NCBI GenBank assembly: GCA_963702845.1
Contig: OY969763.1
Span: 192,001-256,000, forward strand
Direction of reading: 5' to 3'
DNA length: 64,000 nt
DNA from: an uncultured Verrucomicrobiae bacterium
GTDB taxonomy: Bacteria; Verrucomicrobiota; Verrucomicrobiia; Limisphaerales; Palsa-1400
Shown: positions 30,324-42,276 of the stretch, piece by piece
Layout of the letters: each line of letters starts with the position of its first letter
How positions within the stretch are numbered: the stretch's first letter is position 1
The notes under the pieces: model-generated
Seen by the model: only the letters and a program-made list of their open reading frames with translations
The model's database searches: none
What the model was told of the DNA's origin: nothing
Position numbers and translations under genes: made by a program

Positions 30324-30411
30324 TGCTACGAGGATAGGAGCGCGGCGCCATCTTTGCAATCGCCGAGCCGATTTGCCAAATGCCCGCCGTACCTTATCCT
30401 TAACAAGTCAT

Positions 30412-31961
30412 ATGAATCGCCCCGTTCACGCCGGCCCGCCAAGCCCGGAAGAGTTTCAACGCCAATTGCAGGAATTCATGCGCCAGCACCTGTCTGGTGG
30501 CGCGATGCCCAAGTCCGACGTGTCCGATAACACCGAACAGACCGCGCCCGATGGTGAGGCTGCCGCATTCGAATTCGACAAAAAACCGCGCGATATCAAA
30601 GCTTACCTCGACCGCTTCGTCATCAAACAAGAAGACGCCAAAAAAGTCCTAAGCGTCGCGATATGCGATCATTACCATCACGTGCGGCTGGGCGATGGAA
30701 GGCAGGGAGCAGTCGAATTACGCCAAGCAGAATATTATTTTGGTCGGCCCAACAGGCGTCGGTAAAACGTATCTCATCAAAAACGCCGCCGATCTTATCG
30801 GCGTGCCGTTCGTCAAAGGCGATGCGACGAAGTTTTCCGAAACCGGCTATGTCGGAGCGGATGTCGAAGATCTCGTGCGCGAGTTGGTTCGTCGCGCGGA
30901 TGGGAATGTCGAGCGCGCTCAATACGGCATTATATACATAGATGAGATCGACAAAATCGCATCTGCTTCGAACGCGCACGGGCGCGACGTGAGTGGCCGC
31001 GGTGTTCAAACCAATTTGCTTAAGCTAATGGAAGAAACCGAAGTGCCCGCGCGTTCGCCGAACGACATCTCTGGCCAAATCCAGGCGATGATGGACATGA
31101 CCCAACGCAACAAGAAATCGGCCTCGACCATCAACACCAAGCACATTTTGTTCATCGTCAGCGGCGCGTTCGATGGTTTGGAAAAGATCGTCAACAAACG
31201 CGTTCGCGAAGCGCATATTGGCTTCGCTCATCAGGATCAGCAAGTGAGCCGCCGATTCCGTGATGATTCAGGCGCAAACACGCGACTTCATCGAGTTCGG
31301 GTTTGAACCGGAATTCATCGGGCGCCTTCCAGTGCGTGTTGTCTGCCAGCCTTTGGACGAAAGCGATCTCTTCACGATCCTGAAATCTTCGGAAGGCAGC
31401 ATCATCCGTCAATATGAGCAAACCTTCGCTGCTTACGGCATCGAAGTGCTGTTCCGAGATGACGGCCTGCGCCGGATCGCCGAACTGGCGGTCGCCGAAC
31501 AAACTGGCGCGCGCGGTTTGATGACCGTTTGCGAACGCATTTTCCGCGATTTCAAATTCGAACTGCCGTCAACGCTTGTGAAACGCTTTGTCGTTACGCG
31601 TGAACTGGTCGACAATCCGCAAGCCGAACTGGAGAAACTTTTTGCCGAACACAAAAACGAAGAACGGATCGTCGCGCGCCAGATCGTTCACGATTTTGCC
31701 GAGCGCTTTCGCGAAAACCACAAACTCACTATTCGTTTTTCCGAAGCGGCTGCCGACAAAATCGTTTCACAATCCTTCGCAGAGGGTATCCATATCCGCG
31801 ATCTTTGCGCCGCGCGTTTTAAGGATTTTCAATTCGGCCTCAAATTAATCGCGCAAAACACCGGCCAAACCGAGTTCCAAATCGACGCCGATGCCGTCGA
31901 TACGCCGGACAAGGTGCTGAGTGAATGGGTGGTGAAGAGTTATCGGACACCTAATTCGTAA
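30412..31961 (+). CDS. ClpX-like AAA+ ATPase lacking the N-terminal zinc-binding domain, with a C-terminal extension; two frameshifts
   Basis: [53 protein letters not shown] loop, PEFIGRLP and TGARGL. Confidence 0.85.
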
Positions 31962-31995
31962 AGCTTGTTCAGCCGCTGAACTTCTTTGAAATCGA

Positions 31996-32589
31996 TTACC
32001 GCTTTATGCCGGCCTGCATATCTTCCAAAAATTGGCGTTCCAAAGCCAAAACCTTCCTGCTGCGATCCTTAATTCGTTTCGCGGGAACGCCGAAGTACAC
32101 GCCCCACGCTTCGCAATTTCGCAACACCAGTGAATGCGCGCCGACGGATGCCCCATCGTCGAGGGTCACGCCGGACAGAACCGTTGAGTTGCTTCCGACA
32201 ATGGCGTGACGACGCAGAATGATTTTGCCGCCTCGATACCCTGGCTTGTAATTCTGCGGGACCGTTGGGTTCGTGAGCGATTCGCCGGAAAAATCGTCAG
32301 ACTCTGAGTAAAGTGAAACGCGACCCGACAACGTTGTGAAATCCCCCATCTCGATCCCACTCGCGCCAAACAACGCGCAGTAAGGCGCGATATGAATGTA
32401 GCTGCCGAGCTTGATTCCGCCGCTGCCAGACAGGATGCAAAAGTCGTCGATACGAACATCGTTGCCGATTTCGATTTTATCTGGCGTGTAGATGCTGGCC
32501 TTACGGCTGATCAGGACGTTCTCGCCGAATTTGCGCAATCCGAGCTCACCTAATTCGGCTGCTGTATAAAAACTGGTGGGGTTATTCAT
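31996..32589 (-). CDS. Hexapeptide-repeat (left-handed beta-helix) acyltransferase, sugar-acyltransferase type
   Basis: IEIGNDVRIDDFCILSG, SDDFSGESLTNPTVP and VYFGVPAKRIK. The start overlaps the lysS stop (TGATG). Confidence 0.85.
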   Translation of the reverse strand: MNNPTSFYTAAELGELGLRKFGENVLISRKASIYTPDKIEIGNDVRIDDFCILSGSGGIKLGSYIHIAPYCALFGASGIEMGDFTTLSGRVSLYSESDDFSGESLTNPTVPQNYKPGYRGGKIILRRHAIVGSNSTVLSGVTLDDGASVGAHSLVLRNCEAWGVYFGVPAKRIKDRSRKVLALERQFLEDMQAGIKR

Positions 32590-34455
32590 CACGCGAATCG
32601 TGTCACTGTCGTCGGCGAAACCGTGAGCTGACAAAGCGGAAACGTTTTGCGCAGGAACGCCATCAACGAGATCTCGAGCTTGCCATGGAAAAAATGCTTC
32701 GCTTCGTCGTCGCTGATCGCTTTTGGCAACTCCACCGAATAGCCAGTCAGATGAACAATATTGTCCGCGACAAAACTCTCGATATCGACATGCCCACTAA
32801 TTCTGCCATCAGCCCAGACGCGCAAGTGGGGTTTGATCGTCAAATGTGTCGTCTGCGGCTTGAACACGCCGTCACGGCAGAGCGATTCAAAATCACCGGA
32901 CGATAGTGCAATGTTCTCCACAGGTGCCAGCGGTTGTTCGCGGATGCCGTAAACTTGCGAATTGATGTGCGAAACAGACGGGCGCATCAACGGGAAAAAA
33001 ATGATGTCATCAATGTTTTCCTGGCCGGTGAAAATCATCGCCATGCGTTCGATACCGGGACCGATGCCGGTCGTGGGCGGCATACCGTATTCGAGCGCCT
33101 CAATAAAATCGAAATCCAACGTGTGGAATTTTCCGGCATCGCGTTCCTCCGACTTGTAGGATTTGCGCCAGGTTTCGAGCAGGTTAACGGGATCGTTTTG
33201 CTCCGACCAATTGTCGCCACATTCCATACCAGCGATGAAAATCTCGAAACGCTCCACATAACGCGGATCATTCGCCATCGGTTTGGCCAACGGAGAAATT
33301 TCGATCGGATGACCGTAAACGAGCGTCGGTTGGATTAATTCTTTTTCCACACCTTCGAATGCTTTGACCAGAGCTTCGCCGATGCTCGACTGCGCTTCGT
33401 TCATGCCGAGACTGGCGAGCTTTTCGTTCGCTTCCTCGACGGTTTTGATTTCGCGGAAGTCGATGCCGTATTTTTGTTTCACGGCATCAGGCATGGAAAC
33501 GCGCCGCCACGGTTTGCCGAAATCAATCGTATGCCCGAGCACTTTGAACTCGGTGCGACCGAAGACGCTCGTGGCGATGTGCCGGAACATGTCCTCGATC
33601 AGGTCCATGTTATATTCGTAGTTCTCGTAGGCGGCCATCGTTTCGACCATTGAGAACTCAGGGTGATGGCTGCGATCGATACCCTCGTTTCGAAAATAAC
33701 GACCAATCGTATAAACCTTGTCATAACCCGCAACGATCAGGCGTTTCAGGTAAAGCTCGTGCGAAATCGCCAGATACATATCGCAGCCAAGCGCGTTGAC
33801 ATGCGTCTTGAACGGCTTGGCCGTTCCGCCGCCGTATTGTGGTTGGATGACCGGCGTGTTGAATTCCAGGAACCCGCGTTGATTGAGAAATTCGCGAATG
33901 GACGCAACCATTTTGCTGATGTGCGTGTAACGTTGCGCCGCTTCAGGTTCGAGCGTCGTGTCGAGATAACGCTTGCGCAAAACTTGTTCGCGATCTTTAA
34001 GGCCGGACCATTGGTCGGGCAGGGGACGAATAGCCTTGGTCAACAGGCGAATTTCTTCGACCATCACGGAAATTTCACCGCGTTCGGTGCGCATGACTTT
34101 GCCCGTGCCTTCGATAATGTCGCCTGAGATCGATCAGGTTCGTTTCGGCGTAACCCAAAGTGGCGGTCGCGGGGTCGGTCGGCTTGACCAGGTTCTTGCG
34201 CAGAAAGAACTGAATCTTCCCCGTTTGGTCCTGTACGTGCGCAAAGGCGAGCGCTCCTTGTTTGCGCCAGGACATGAGCCGGCCCGCGACCGTGACCGTC
34301 TGGCCATCGAGCGCGGTAAATTCATCCAGGATTTGCTTGGTGTAGTGGGTTCGTTTGCTCTTGGACGGGTAAGGGTTGAGTCCTAGTTTACGCAAAGCAT
34401 CGGCCTTGGCCACGCGGCCATTGCGGATTTCGATTAGAGGGTTGTTGGTCGCCAC
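32589..34455 (-). CDS. lysS: Lysine--tRNA ligase (class II) with a ~130-aa C-terminal extension; frameshift near 34125
   Basis: OB-fold (VAGRLMSWRKQG..DQTGKIQFF), RKRYLD, AKPFKTH, ELYLKRLIVAG, FRNEGIDRSHHPEF, ERFEIFI and GIGPGIERM. Confidence 0.9.
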
Positions 34456-34634
34456 GGTTCTTTCTATTTAGACAGTAAATTAGCCGGTTACGAATACCTG
34501 CCAAGTGGGGGAATGGCAAGCATCCACAAAATGGTTCTGCTGCTCTATCTTCGGTGAAACCAATAAACGGCCTCAGCCGTCTTATTCGCAATCAGCTTGA
34601 CCGCATTCGCAGTTTAGGCCGACAATTTCAACCT

Positions 34635-35994
34635 ATGACGCCAGATTCTCCTGCATTTCAAACTCGCCGTTCATTCATCAAAAAAGCCGCGACTGCCGCC
34701 ACCGCTGCCGCTGCTGTCGGCACGAACATTTTTAAAACGCCCGTTTACGGCCAGACCCAGGCGCCATCGCCCGGCCGCGTCATTGGCGCGAATGATCGAA
34801 TCGTGGTTGGTTTTGTCGGCACCGGCAAACAAGGCCGCACCCATGTTCGTTCTCAACGAGGCCACGCCGCCGAAAACAACATCGCCATTGCCGCAGTATC
34901 CGACCTTTACACGAAGAATCTGGAGCGTGGCGCCAAAAGAAGCCGGCGTGGACGCGGCGAATAGCTACGCCGACTACGAAAGATTACTCGAACGTAAAGA
35001 CATCGACGCCATCACCGTCGCGACGGTCGACAATTGGCACGCGCAAGTAGCTTCGACGCCATGAACGCCGGCAAACACGTCTATGGCGAAAAACCGATGG
35101 CGCGTTACTTGATGGAAGGTTTCGACATCTACGACACGCAAAAGAAGACCGGCAAAGTTTTCGTGGTCGGTTCGCAATATTGCGCTGATGCCCAGGTCCA
35201 CAAAGCCGCCGAATGGATCAAGGCCGGCAAAATCGGGCAACTCGCGTGGGCGCAAGGTTCCTATTGCCGCAATAATCCCAAGAACGATGAGTGGGAATTT
35301 GAAGTTGAAAAGGACCTTAGCGAAGCGAATGTCAATTGGCTTAAGTGGCAGGGCAAAGCGAAAAAAGTTCCGTTTGACGGCCATCGTTATTCGAGTTGGC
35401 ACAAGTATTTTACCTACAACTCAGGCATTCTCGGCAACCTGCTCTCGCATCTTGCCCTTCCGTTATTGATGGCGACCGGCAATGCCGAATTCCCACGCCG
35501 CGTCGTTTGCACCGGCACACGCAAGATTTCGACCAATCGCGAAATTCCCGACACAACTCATTTGCTCGCCGAATACCCGAGCGGCCTCACGGTCTCGCTC
35601 GCCGGCAGCACTGTGAACGAACTCGGCGTTCCGCAAGATCATTCGTGGACGCAAAGGAAGCATCTTCTTCGCCCAAAGCCAAAATCACGCCGAACTCAAA
35701 CCCGAGCGCATTTTCGCCGAGGACATCGAAGCAGAACAATTTTCGTCACCTGCCGCAATCGGCAAAATCGAAAATCTTGAGAAAAACTTCTTCGATTGCA
35801 TTCGCAACGGTAAAACGCCTTACGCCAACGTTGATCTCGCGTTGAAAGTTCACACCACCTTGTGCCTCGCCGAAATGTCCGAACGCTTGCAAATGACCAT
35901 GCTGTTCGACGATAAGACCCGTAAAATCAGCAGCGGTGACGGGCGAGAAATTCTGGCGATGACTTACGACACGGAAGTCCCCCCGCACGCATAA
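34635..35994 (+). CDS. Tat-exported Gfo/Idh/MocA-family oxidoreductase; three frameshifts
   Basis: TRRSFIKK Tat motif, GANDRIVVGFVGTG, IDAITVATVDNWH and GKHVYGEKP. Confidence 0.88.
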
Positions 35995-36028
35995 TTAGCT
36001 TTCTCCCGAATGGGGATATGAAACATAG

Positions 36029-36054
36029 CCCGGCGTTTTTTACGCCGGGTTTTT
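36029..36054 (+). terminator. Intrinsic terminator
   Basis: cccggcgt-ttttt-acgccggg followed by ttttt. Confidence 0.7.
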
Positions 36055-36108
36055 GTCGATACATCTGACTAAGCTCGCGGAGCTATTTTCGATCGCTCTA
36101 AGTGGCAA

Positions 36109-37039
36109 CTATGCCGCACCGACGGCGCCGACTGTTGCTTCTAAACTCGCGATATCGGACACGTTCAATGATTGCGCATTCTTATCGATGCGCTTCATGA
36201 ACCCTGTCAACGCAGCGCCCGGCCCCAGTTCGATAAACCGCGTAAAACCTTGCGCCAGCAGATAGCGCATCGAATCTTCCCAGCGGACCGACGACGTGAC
36301 TTGGTCGACTAGTCGCTCTGCGATTTCGCCTGTTGTGCCGTGCGGTTGGGCTGTGACATTCGAAATCACCGGCACTTTCGGCGCAGACATCTGCACTGCA
36401 GCCAGCATGTTTGCACTTTCGGCTTTGCACTCGCCATCAAACGCGAGTGATACGCGCCAGCCACCGGCAGTGCCAGCGCGCGCTTCGCGCCTTTGGCTTT
36501 GGCCAGTTCGCAAGCTCTCGCGATTTTGTCGGCTTCACCTGAAATGACAATTTGGCCGGGGCAATTCAGATTTGCCATTTCGACATCAGCTTCCTGCAAA
36601 CTTCGCGACAATGGCCGGCTCTAGATTCAACACCGCCGCCATACCACCTTTTGTGACGTCGCACGCTTCCTGCATGAAACGACCGCGTTGACGCGCAATG
36701 CGCACGCCGTTGTCGAACGAGAAAACATCCGCAGCCGCGAGCGCAGTCAGTTCGCCAAGAGACAAACCAGCCGTCGCTTCGAAATTGCAGTTCGGGACGC
36801 GTTGCTTGAGCAACTTGAAATGCGACCCAACTCACGACAAAAATTCCGGGTTGGCAATTTTCGGTCTTTGTCAGTTCGGTTTCGGGGCCGTTGAAACAGA
36901 TGTTGGCGAGATCGAACCCGAGAATTTCATTGGCGCGATCGAACCATTTTTTAGCATCAGGAATTTGTTCGGCAAAATCTTTGCCCATGCCGACGTATTG
37001 CGCGCCTTGTCCAGCGAAGATGAGTGCGGTTTTGGTCAT
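36109..37039 (-). CDS. fabD: Malonyl-CoA:ACP transacylase; three frameshifts
   Basis: FAGQGAQYVGMG, AGLSLGE, ANLNCPGQIVISG, LPVAGAYHS, QVTSSVRW and FIELGPG. Confidence 0.93.
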
Positions 37040-37134
37040 ATTTTCTTTTATCAGAGCCGCGCGCGTGAGCAAGCGGTTTGCATGCTAGATCGCCGCGTTA
37101 CCGCTTGCTCACGCACGCGGCTCTGCTTTGGTGA

Positions 37135-38546
37135 TTAGCAGTTATCCTTACACCCAAACAAATTGCGTTCACGAATGATTTTGGCGACTTGCAGCGGAAC
37201 AAGCGTTTCCCAACGTGCTTATCGCCGGCGCGGATTTTTTGCAAGACGTCGCGTGACGAAATGCCCAGACAGGCCTGATCGTAATCTCTCAGATTTTCAA
37301 TCAGCCGATTTTCAATAGCGTAAGCGTGCAAGTGTTGCAAGATTCGCCGCCACACGCAAATTGGTCGCAGTGATCAACGCGCCCGACTTCGGGTCAAGCC
37401 AAGGATAGACGTAAAGGCGCAGGTCATTTTTAAACATGCGTCCGAACGATTCGAGAATGCCGCCGTCGAGATTCGCGTAATATTTCTCGTCAAAAATTTC
37501 TTTCAAGACTCGGAACGCCCATCGCGATACCGATCATCTTTTTGGTGTAACGGAAAAAATATTGCGCGACGCGATAGTATTCGAGGAAATCGGAGACCAG
37601 CACCGTCTTGCCAAGCGTTCTGAGAATATCGACGCGGGCAAGAAAATCGTCGTAGTCGATGGCGTTGCCTTCGGTGAGGCTCTTCAACGTCATCTCCATG
37701 ATCGTCAGCACTTCTTCACCTTGCACTTTTGGGTCTTGGACGAATTGCGCTTGGGCGCAACGGAACATGTCGAGCGTCAGATTCGTGATCGGACGAAAAC
37801 TGCCACGTTCAACGAGAAGCGATTTTTTGTAAAATGCGTCCGCGGGTTGAACAACTTCGCCTTCGGTCGTGAACAGAGTCGGCGTTGGTCAATCCGTTTT
37901 GCACCAGCTTTAGCGCCATGATGCGATTATCGACTTTTGCGAACGCCGGACCGGAGAAGCGAATCATGTCCACTTCGATTCGTTCGGCGCCGACATTATC
38001 GACAAGCGATTGAATCAACGTTTCCGGATCATCGCGCAAATACATCGCGCCATGCACGAGGTTGACTCCGACAATGCCGAGCGCTTCCTGTTCCTGCACG
38101 TTCTCTTTGTCCCAAAGCCGAACGTGCATGACGATCTGCGACGGCTGTTGTTGCGGTTCGGTTTGGAATCGGATGCCAAGCCAGCCATGCGCATCGTCGT
38201 GACGCGAATAGCTCCGCGCAGCGACCGTGTCCGCGAACACAAAAAACCTCGTTGTGCTGGCGCGCGTTTTGGAAAGCCGTTCGAGCAGGAGATTGTATTC
38301 GTACTCGAGCATCGTCTCCAGCCGTTCCTGGCTGACATAGCGCGGGGCGTGGCCGTAAATGGCGTCGCTCACGACCATGTCGTAGGCGGAAATGGATTTG
38401 GCGATCGTGCCGGAAGCGCCGCCGACGCGGAAAAACCAGCGCGCGACTTCCTGGCCGGCGCCGATTTCGGCAAAGGTGCCGTATTTCGTCGGATCAAGAT
38501 TGATCTGCAGCGCTTTTTGGTGCGTGCCTAAAACTTCGCGTGTCAT
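37135..38546 (-). CDS. Conserved cytoplasmic protein: CinA-like N-terminal half plus nucleotidyltransferase (NadD-like) C-terminal half; frameshifted
   Basis: YGTFAEIGAGQEVARWFFRVGGASGTIAKSISAYD, then ERGSFRPIT, GISSRDVLQKI and W..LVP..VAKII joined across four ORF pieces. The fold assignment is by motif resemblance only. Confidence 0.6.
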
Positions 38547-38609
38547 TTTTAGTAAAATACATCTGACTGCGCGCGGAGTTTGGGGCAAAGGCGGCGCTAT
38601 GGCAAGTGG

Positions 38610-38690
38610 GGTAGGGCGAGGCTCCGCGCGCGCCGTTTCATCGCGAAATTAAGACAGGCTCGGCAGGGCCGCGGAGCGACACGCCACCCC
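38610..38690. repeat. Inverted pair of degenerate GTAG-type REP-like palindromes
   Basis: ggtagggcgaggctccgcgcgcgcc on +, and ggggtggcgtgtcgctccgcggccctgccgagcc on -. Related to the copy at 50188. Confidence 0.5.
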
Positions 38691-41037
38691 TCAGTCCTGC
38701 GGGTAAACAAGAATCCGGTCGTGTACCAGAATGATTAAGTCATTCTTTTTGTCGCCGGTGACGTCTTCGACCAACGCTTCGCGAGGTTCATTGGAATCAT
38801 TGCGGCGTGAACGGAACGTGCGCTCTTCAAAAACCTGCCAACGATTGGCGGGAACCAACTTATGCGGCGGTTCGAAGGTGACGAGGTCCAGATAGCTGCG
38901 CGCGGTTTCCAGAAACACGAGATCTTTGCGTCCATCGTTATTCAAATCGCCAGTGACGACATCGTTCAGGTGCGCGTCTTTAATCGGCGTTTCGTAACCG
39001 TCGAGAACATTGTATTCCCAAACTTTGCCGTCGAGCGCCATCGTGGCGATGGCATTGACGCCGATAAACGCGAGGCTGTTTTTATTGGTGCCGCCGAGGG
39101 CGATGCTCTGCGACGTCGGAGAAGTCGGTCACCGGCAGCGAAATGTTGCGCACGGCTTGCCATGTGCCGGATTTATCGCGCTCGCAAAGCGTGAGGCATT
39201 TGCGTTCGGCATCGAGCAGGAACAAGCGAAGGCACAGAGTTTGTGCCGTTGCGCAACGGCGTCGCGCCAACGATGCGCGAGTTGGACGACGCGCCGTTGA
39301 TTTGTTCTTTAACGAAGAACGACCAAGTCGGCTTTGGCATTCGTGCCGCGATCGGCGTCGGGCTTCAAAACAACAGCGCGCAGGAAGTTTTTCTGGGCGA
39401 GCAGCAGTTCGTCTTTTCCGTCGCCATCCACGTCGGAGAGGCTGAACCACGGCTGCTCACTGTTGCCGCCGGGCGGCAAGACGTCTTGTTCGTCGAAATC
39501 AGCTTTGTCCTTTTGCGCGAGGAGCACTTTGATCTTTTCGTAAGGAATCAACACGACGAGGTCAGCCATGCCGTCCTGATTGATGTCGAGCATCGTCATC
39601 GAACTTGGGTTCGATTTGAAATCTTCACTCAGCTTTTGCGTGTGGCTCTTGCCGTCCGCGGTGCGAGTCACGATGACGCGGCGTGTTTCATTGTTGCTGA
39701 CGACTTCGGAGATCACCGCAAGCGTCGGCTTTTCGCCGGGATGCAAAGTGCCAATGGCCATCGCGAGCGGTTTGCCATCGATCGGCAAAATCGTGGGGAA
39801 GGGGATGTGACCGTTCTTATCGCGATGCGTCATGCCAATCTGTCGCTCTTCAGAACTGAGCAGGAAAATTTCCGGCGTTGCCATCGCCATTCCAATCGTT
39901 CACCGCGATATCGCTGACGCCGGTCAGCGTTGGGAAAGATTGCGGCGCGGCCAGCGTGCCATCCGGTTTTTGCAGCCAGACCGTGAGTTGGCCGCTGTCT
40001 GGTTCGGCGACGAGCAGGTCGGGCAAATGATCGCCATTAATGTCCGCCCATTCGATCCCGCGACGCGCACGCGTCGTTTTATTCAAAGGGAACACTTGAA
40101 ACTGGCCTTGCTTAAATGAGCCAGCGAGAGACTCGGCCGGTTTCTGGATGAAATTGGCCACTTCAGCGCGACCAGAGTTTTGCGCGATTGTGACGATTTC
40201 CGTTCGGTGATCGCCATCGAGATCATCGGAAGCATACGAGCGAATCGCCGGCAGCGTGAAATGCACTTCGGGCCCGAGCTGGCCTTCGCTGTTTTGCAGT
40301 CGGAACCGGAACGGATTCGGGCTGTCCCAATTGACGAGCAGCAAATCATCGCGCCCATCGCCATCGATGTCGAGGACATGAACGGCTTTAACCGTTCCGG
40401 AGAGCGAAATTTTCTGCGGCTCGCCGAGGGTATGGTCGGCTTGTTGCGGCAGGAAATACACATTGTTTTCGCCAAGCAGGACGAGGTCCGTGCGTTTGTC
40501 GCCGTTGAGATCGCCGGAGACAAGGGCGTTCGCGGTGAGTTGTCCGTCGTCGATGGGCCAGCGTTTCGGTGCGCTCCAGCCGTTGGTGCCTTCATTATAT
40601 TGGACGACGAGTTCTTTCGGGTCACCGTAGTAAGCAAGGTCCGGCTTGCCGTCGCCATTCAGGTCGGCGACAACGAGAGAGGTGATGCGCTTTTCGGACG
40701 CAATCGAATCGATGCGAAAGCGAGCGTCCGGCGGCAGTTCGTTCAGTTCTTTTTTGTGGTTCTTGTCTTCCACGATCGCGTTGGTCTTGCCGGTGCGATT
40801 GTAGAGCAGCTTGATTTTGGAGCGCAGATTATTGACCATGATCAGGTCCTTGAGTCCGTCTCCGTCGAGGTCAGCGACATGCAAGAGACTGATTTGTTGG
40901 TCGATCGGGAAAATTTCGGGCCCGGTAAAGCCGAATTTGTTCGTTTCATCGGCCGCTTGCAAACCAACGCAGAACCCGAGCGCAGCAACAATTGTAACAA
41001 TATTTAATCGGAGTCTCGCCACAGAAAAAGGAGCCAT
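38691..41037 (-). CDS. Exported FG-GAP/VCBS-repeat beta-propeller protein; frameshifts at ~39.0-39.9 kb
   Basis: Many D-[LIV]-[DN]-G-D-G-x-x-D-L repeats from DLDGDGLKDL to DVTGDKKNDL, plus a signal peptide. Confidence 0.88.
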
Positions 41038-41112
41038 AAAATTCCGTCCAAGATGCCGCAACACCGCCGCTATCGCCAGTTTTATTGTGGTTTCTGACGT
41101 TTAATGGCACCG

Positions 41113-41155
41113 AAAAAATGAAACAGCCGACGCGAACTGGTCGCGTCGGCTGTTT
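41113..41155 (-). terminator. Intrinsic terminator after the PPIase gene
   Basis: 15-bp perfect stem aaacagccgacgcga/tcgcgtcggctgttt, with a T-run following on the minus strand. Confidence 0.8.
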
Positions 41156-41171
41156 GAATTATTTATTTTGA

Positions 41172-41198
41172 GGACGGCGCTGAGCGACCGTCGCTACC
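41172..41198 (-). repeat. GTAG-type REP-like palindrome
   Basis: Minus strand reads ggtagc-gacggtcgctcagcgccgtc. Confidence 0.5.
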
Positions 41199-41201
41199 TA
41201 A

Positions 41202-42242
41202 TTAGTTCGCTTTGACGATCTGGACGTCGGCGTCTTTTTTCAATTTGTCGAAATAGGTCGGGAGCTTCTTTTGGAATTCCTGGGAGGTCAGATATTCTTT
41301 GATCTTCGGTTCGACTTTGGCGAAATCCACTTTGGCTGCCGGCAACTTTTCGAGCGTCTTGATGATGTGATAACCGAAACGGGTCTCGACGAGGTCGCTG
41401 ATTTGGCCGGGCTTCATCGAGAAAGCGGCGGCTTCGAATTCAGGGACCATCTGGCCTTTGGGGAAGGTGTATTCGCCACCTTTGTCCTTGGAGCCGGGGT
41501 CTTCGGAGAATTCTTTGGCGAGCTTGGCGAAGTCTTCACCTTTGTCGGCGCGGGCTTTTACTTCTTTCGCGAGTTTTTCTTTTTCAGCTTTTTTCGAGGG
41601 CGGCAACGGTTGTTGCGTGTCCTTGTCCAAGGTCGAAATCAGGACGTGCGCGGCGCGGACTTGTTCCGGCTTTTCGAACTCGGCCGGGTTTTCGTCGTAG
41701 AACTTTTTGACGTCGGCATCGGCGATTTTGATGGATGGTTTCACTTCGCGGTCGAGGACGATTTCACAAACGTTTTGTTCGAGAGCACGTTTGCGGAACT
41801 GGTCCATGGTCATGCCGGTGGACTTCACTTGTGCTTCAAACACAGTCTCGCTGCCGATTTGTTTTTTGACGCCGGCGATGTATGTGTCGGTGTCGGCCTC
41901 GGCTTTGGTCTTGTCTGCGGCTGTGCCTTTCTGCAGCAGCAGCTCGGTGAAGATGAGGCGGTCGAGCAAATTGGATTTAATGACCGAACGCTGATCCTCG
42001 CTGACGGGCGGCGCTTTCGGATTCAGATTCGCCTTGTAGACAATGAAGGCGTCTTCGAGTTTGCTCTTTTTGATCTCGAAATTTTTTCCTTTCGCGACGA
42101 CAGGGTCAGCGAAGGAATCGGCCGGCGCGGCGGCGGTTTTATCAGCTGTTTTAGTGGTGTCCACGGGTTTGTCAGCGGTGACAGCGTAGGTCGCGAGCGT
42201 CATGCCCGCGAGGAACGCGAGGGTCGAGGTGATGTGTTTCAT
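41202..42242 (-). CDS. Exported parvulin-type peptidyl-prolyl isomerase (PrsA/SurA-like)
   Basis: Signal peptide; VRAAHVLI, DFAKLAKEFSEDPGSKDKGG, MVPEFEAAAF and VETRFGYHII. Confidence 0.93.
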   Translation of the reverse strand: MKHITSTLAFLAGMTLATYAVTADKPVDTTKTADKTAAAPADSFADPVVAKGKNFEIKKSKLEDAFIVYKANLNPKAPPVSEDQRSVIKSNLLDRLIFTELLLQKGTAADKTKAEADTDTYIAGVKKQIGSETVFEAQVKSTGMTMDQFRKRALEQNVCEIVLDREVKPSIKIADADVKKFYDENPAEFEKPEQVRAAHVLISTLDKDTQQPLPPSKKAEKEKLAKEVKARADKGEDFAKLAKEFSEDPGSKDKGGEYTFPKGQMVPEFEAAAFSMKPGQISDLVETRFGYHIIKTLEKLPAAKVDFAKVEPKIKEYLTSQEFQKKLPTYFDKLKKDADVQIVKAN

Positions 42243-42276
42243 TCAGTGTTTTCTAGTGCTTCCTTGTGTTGCCCGC

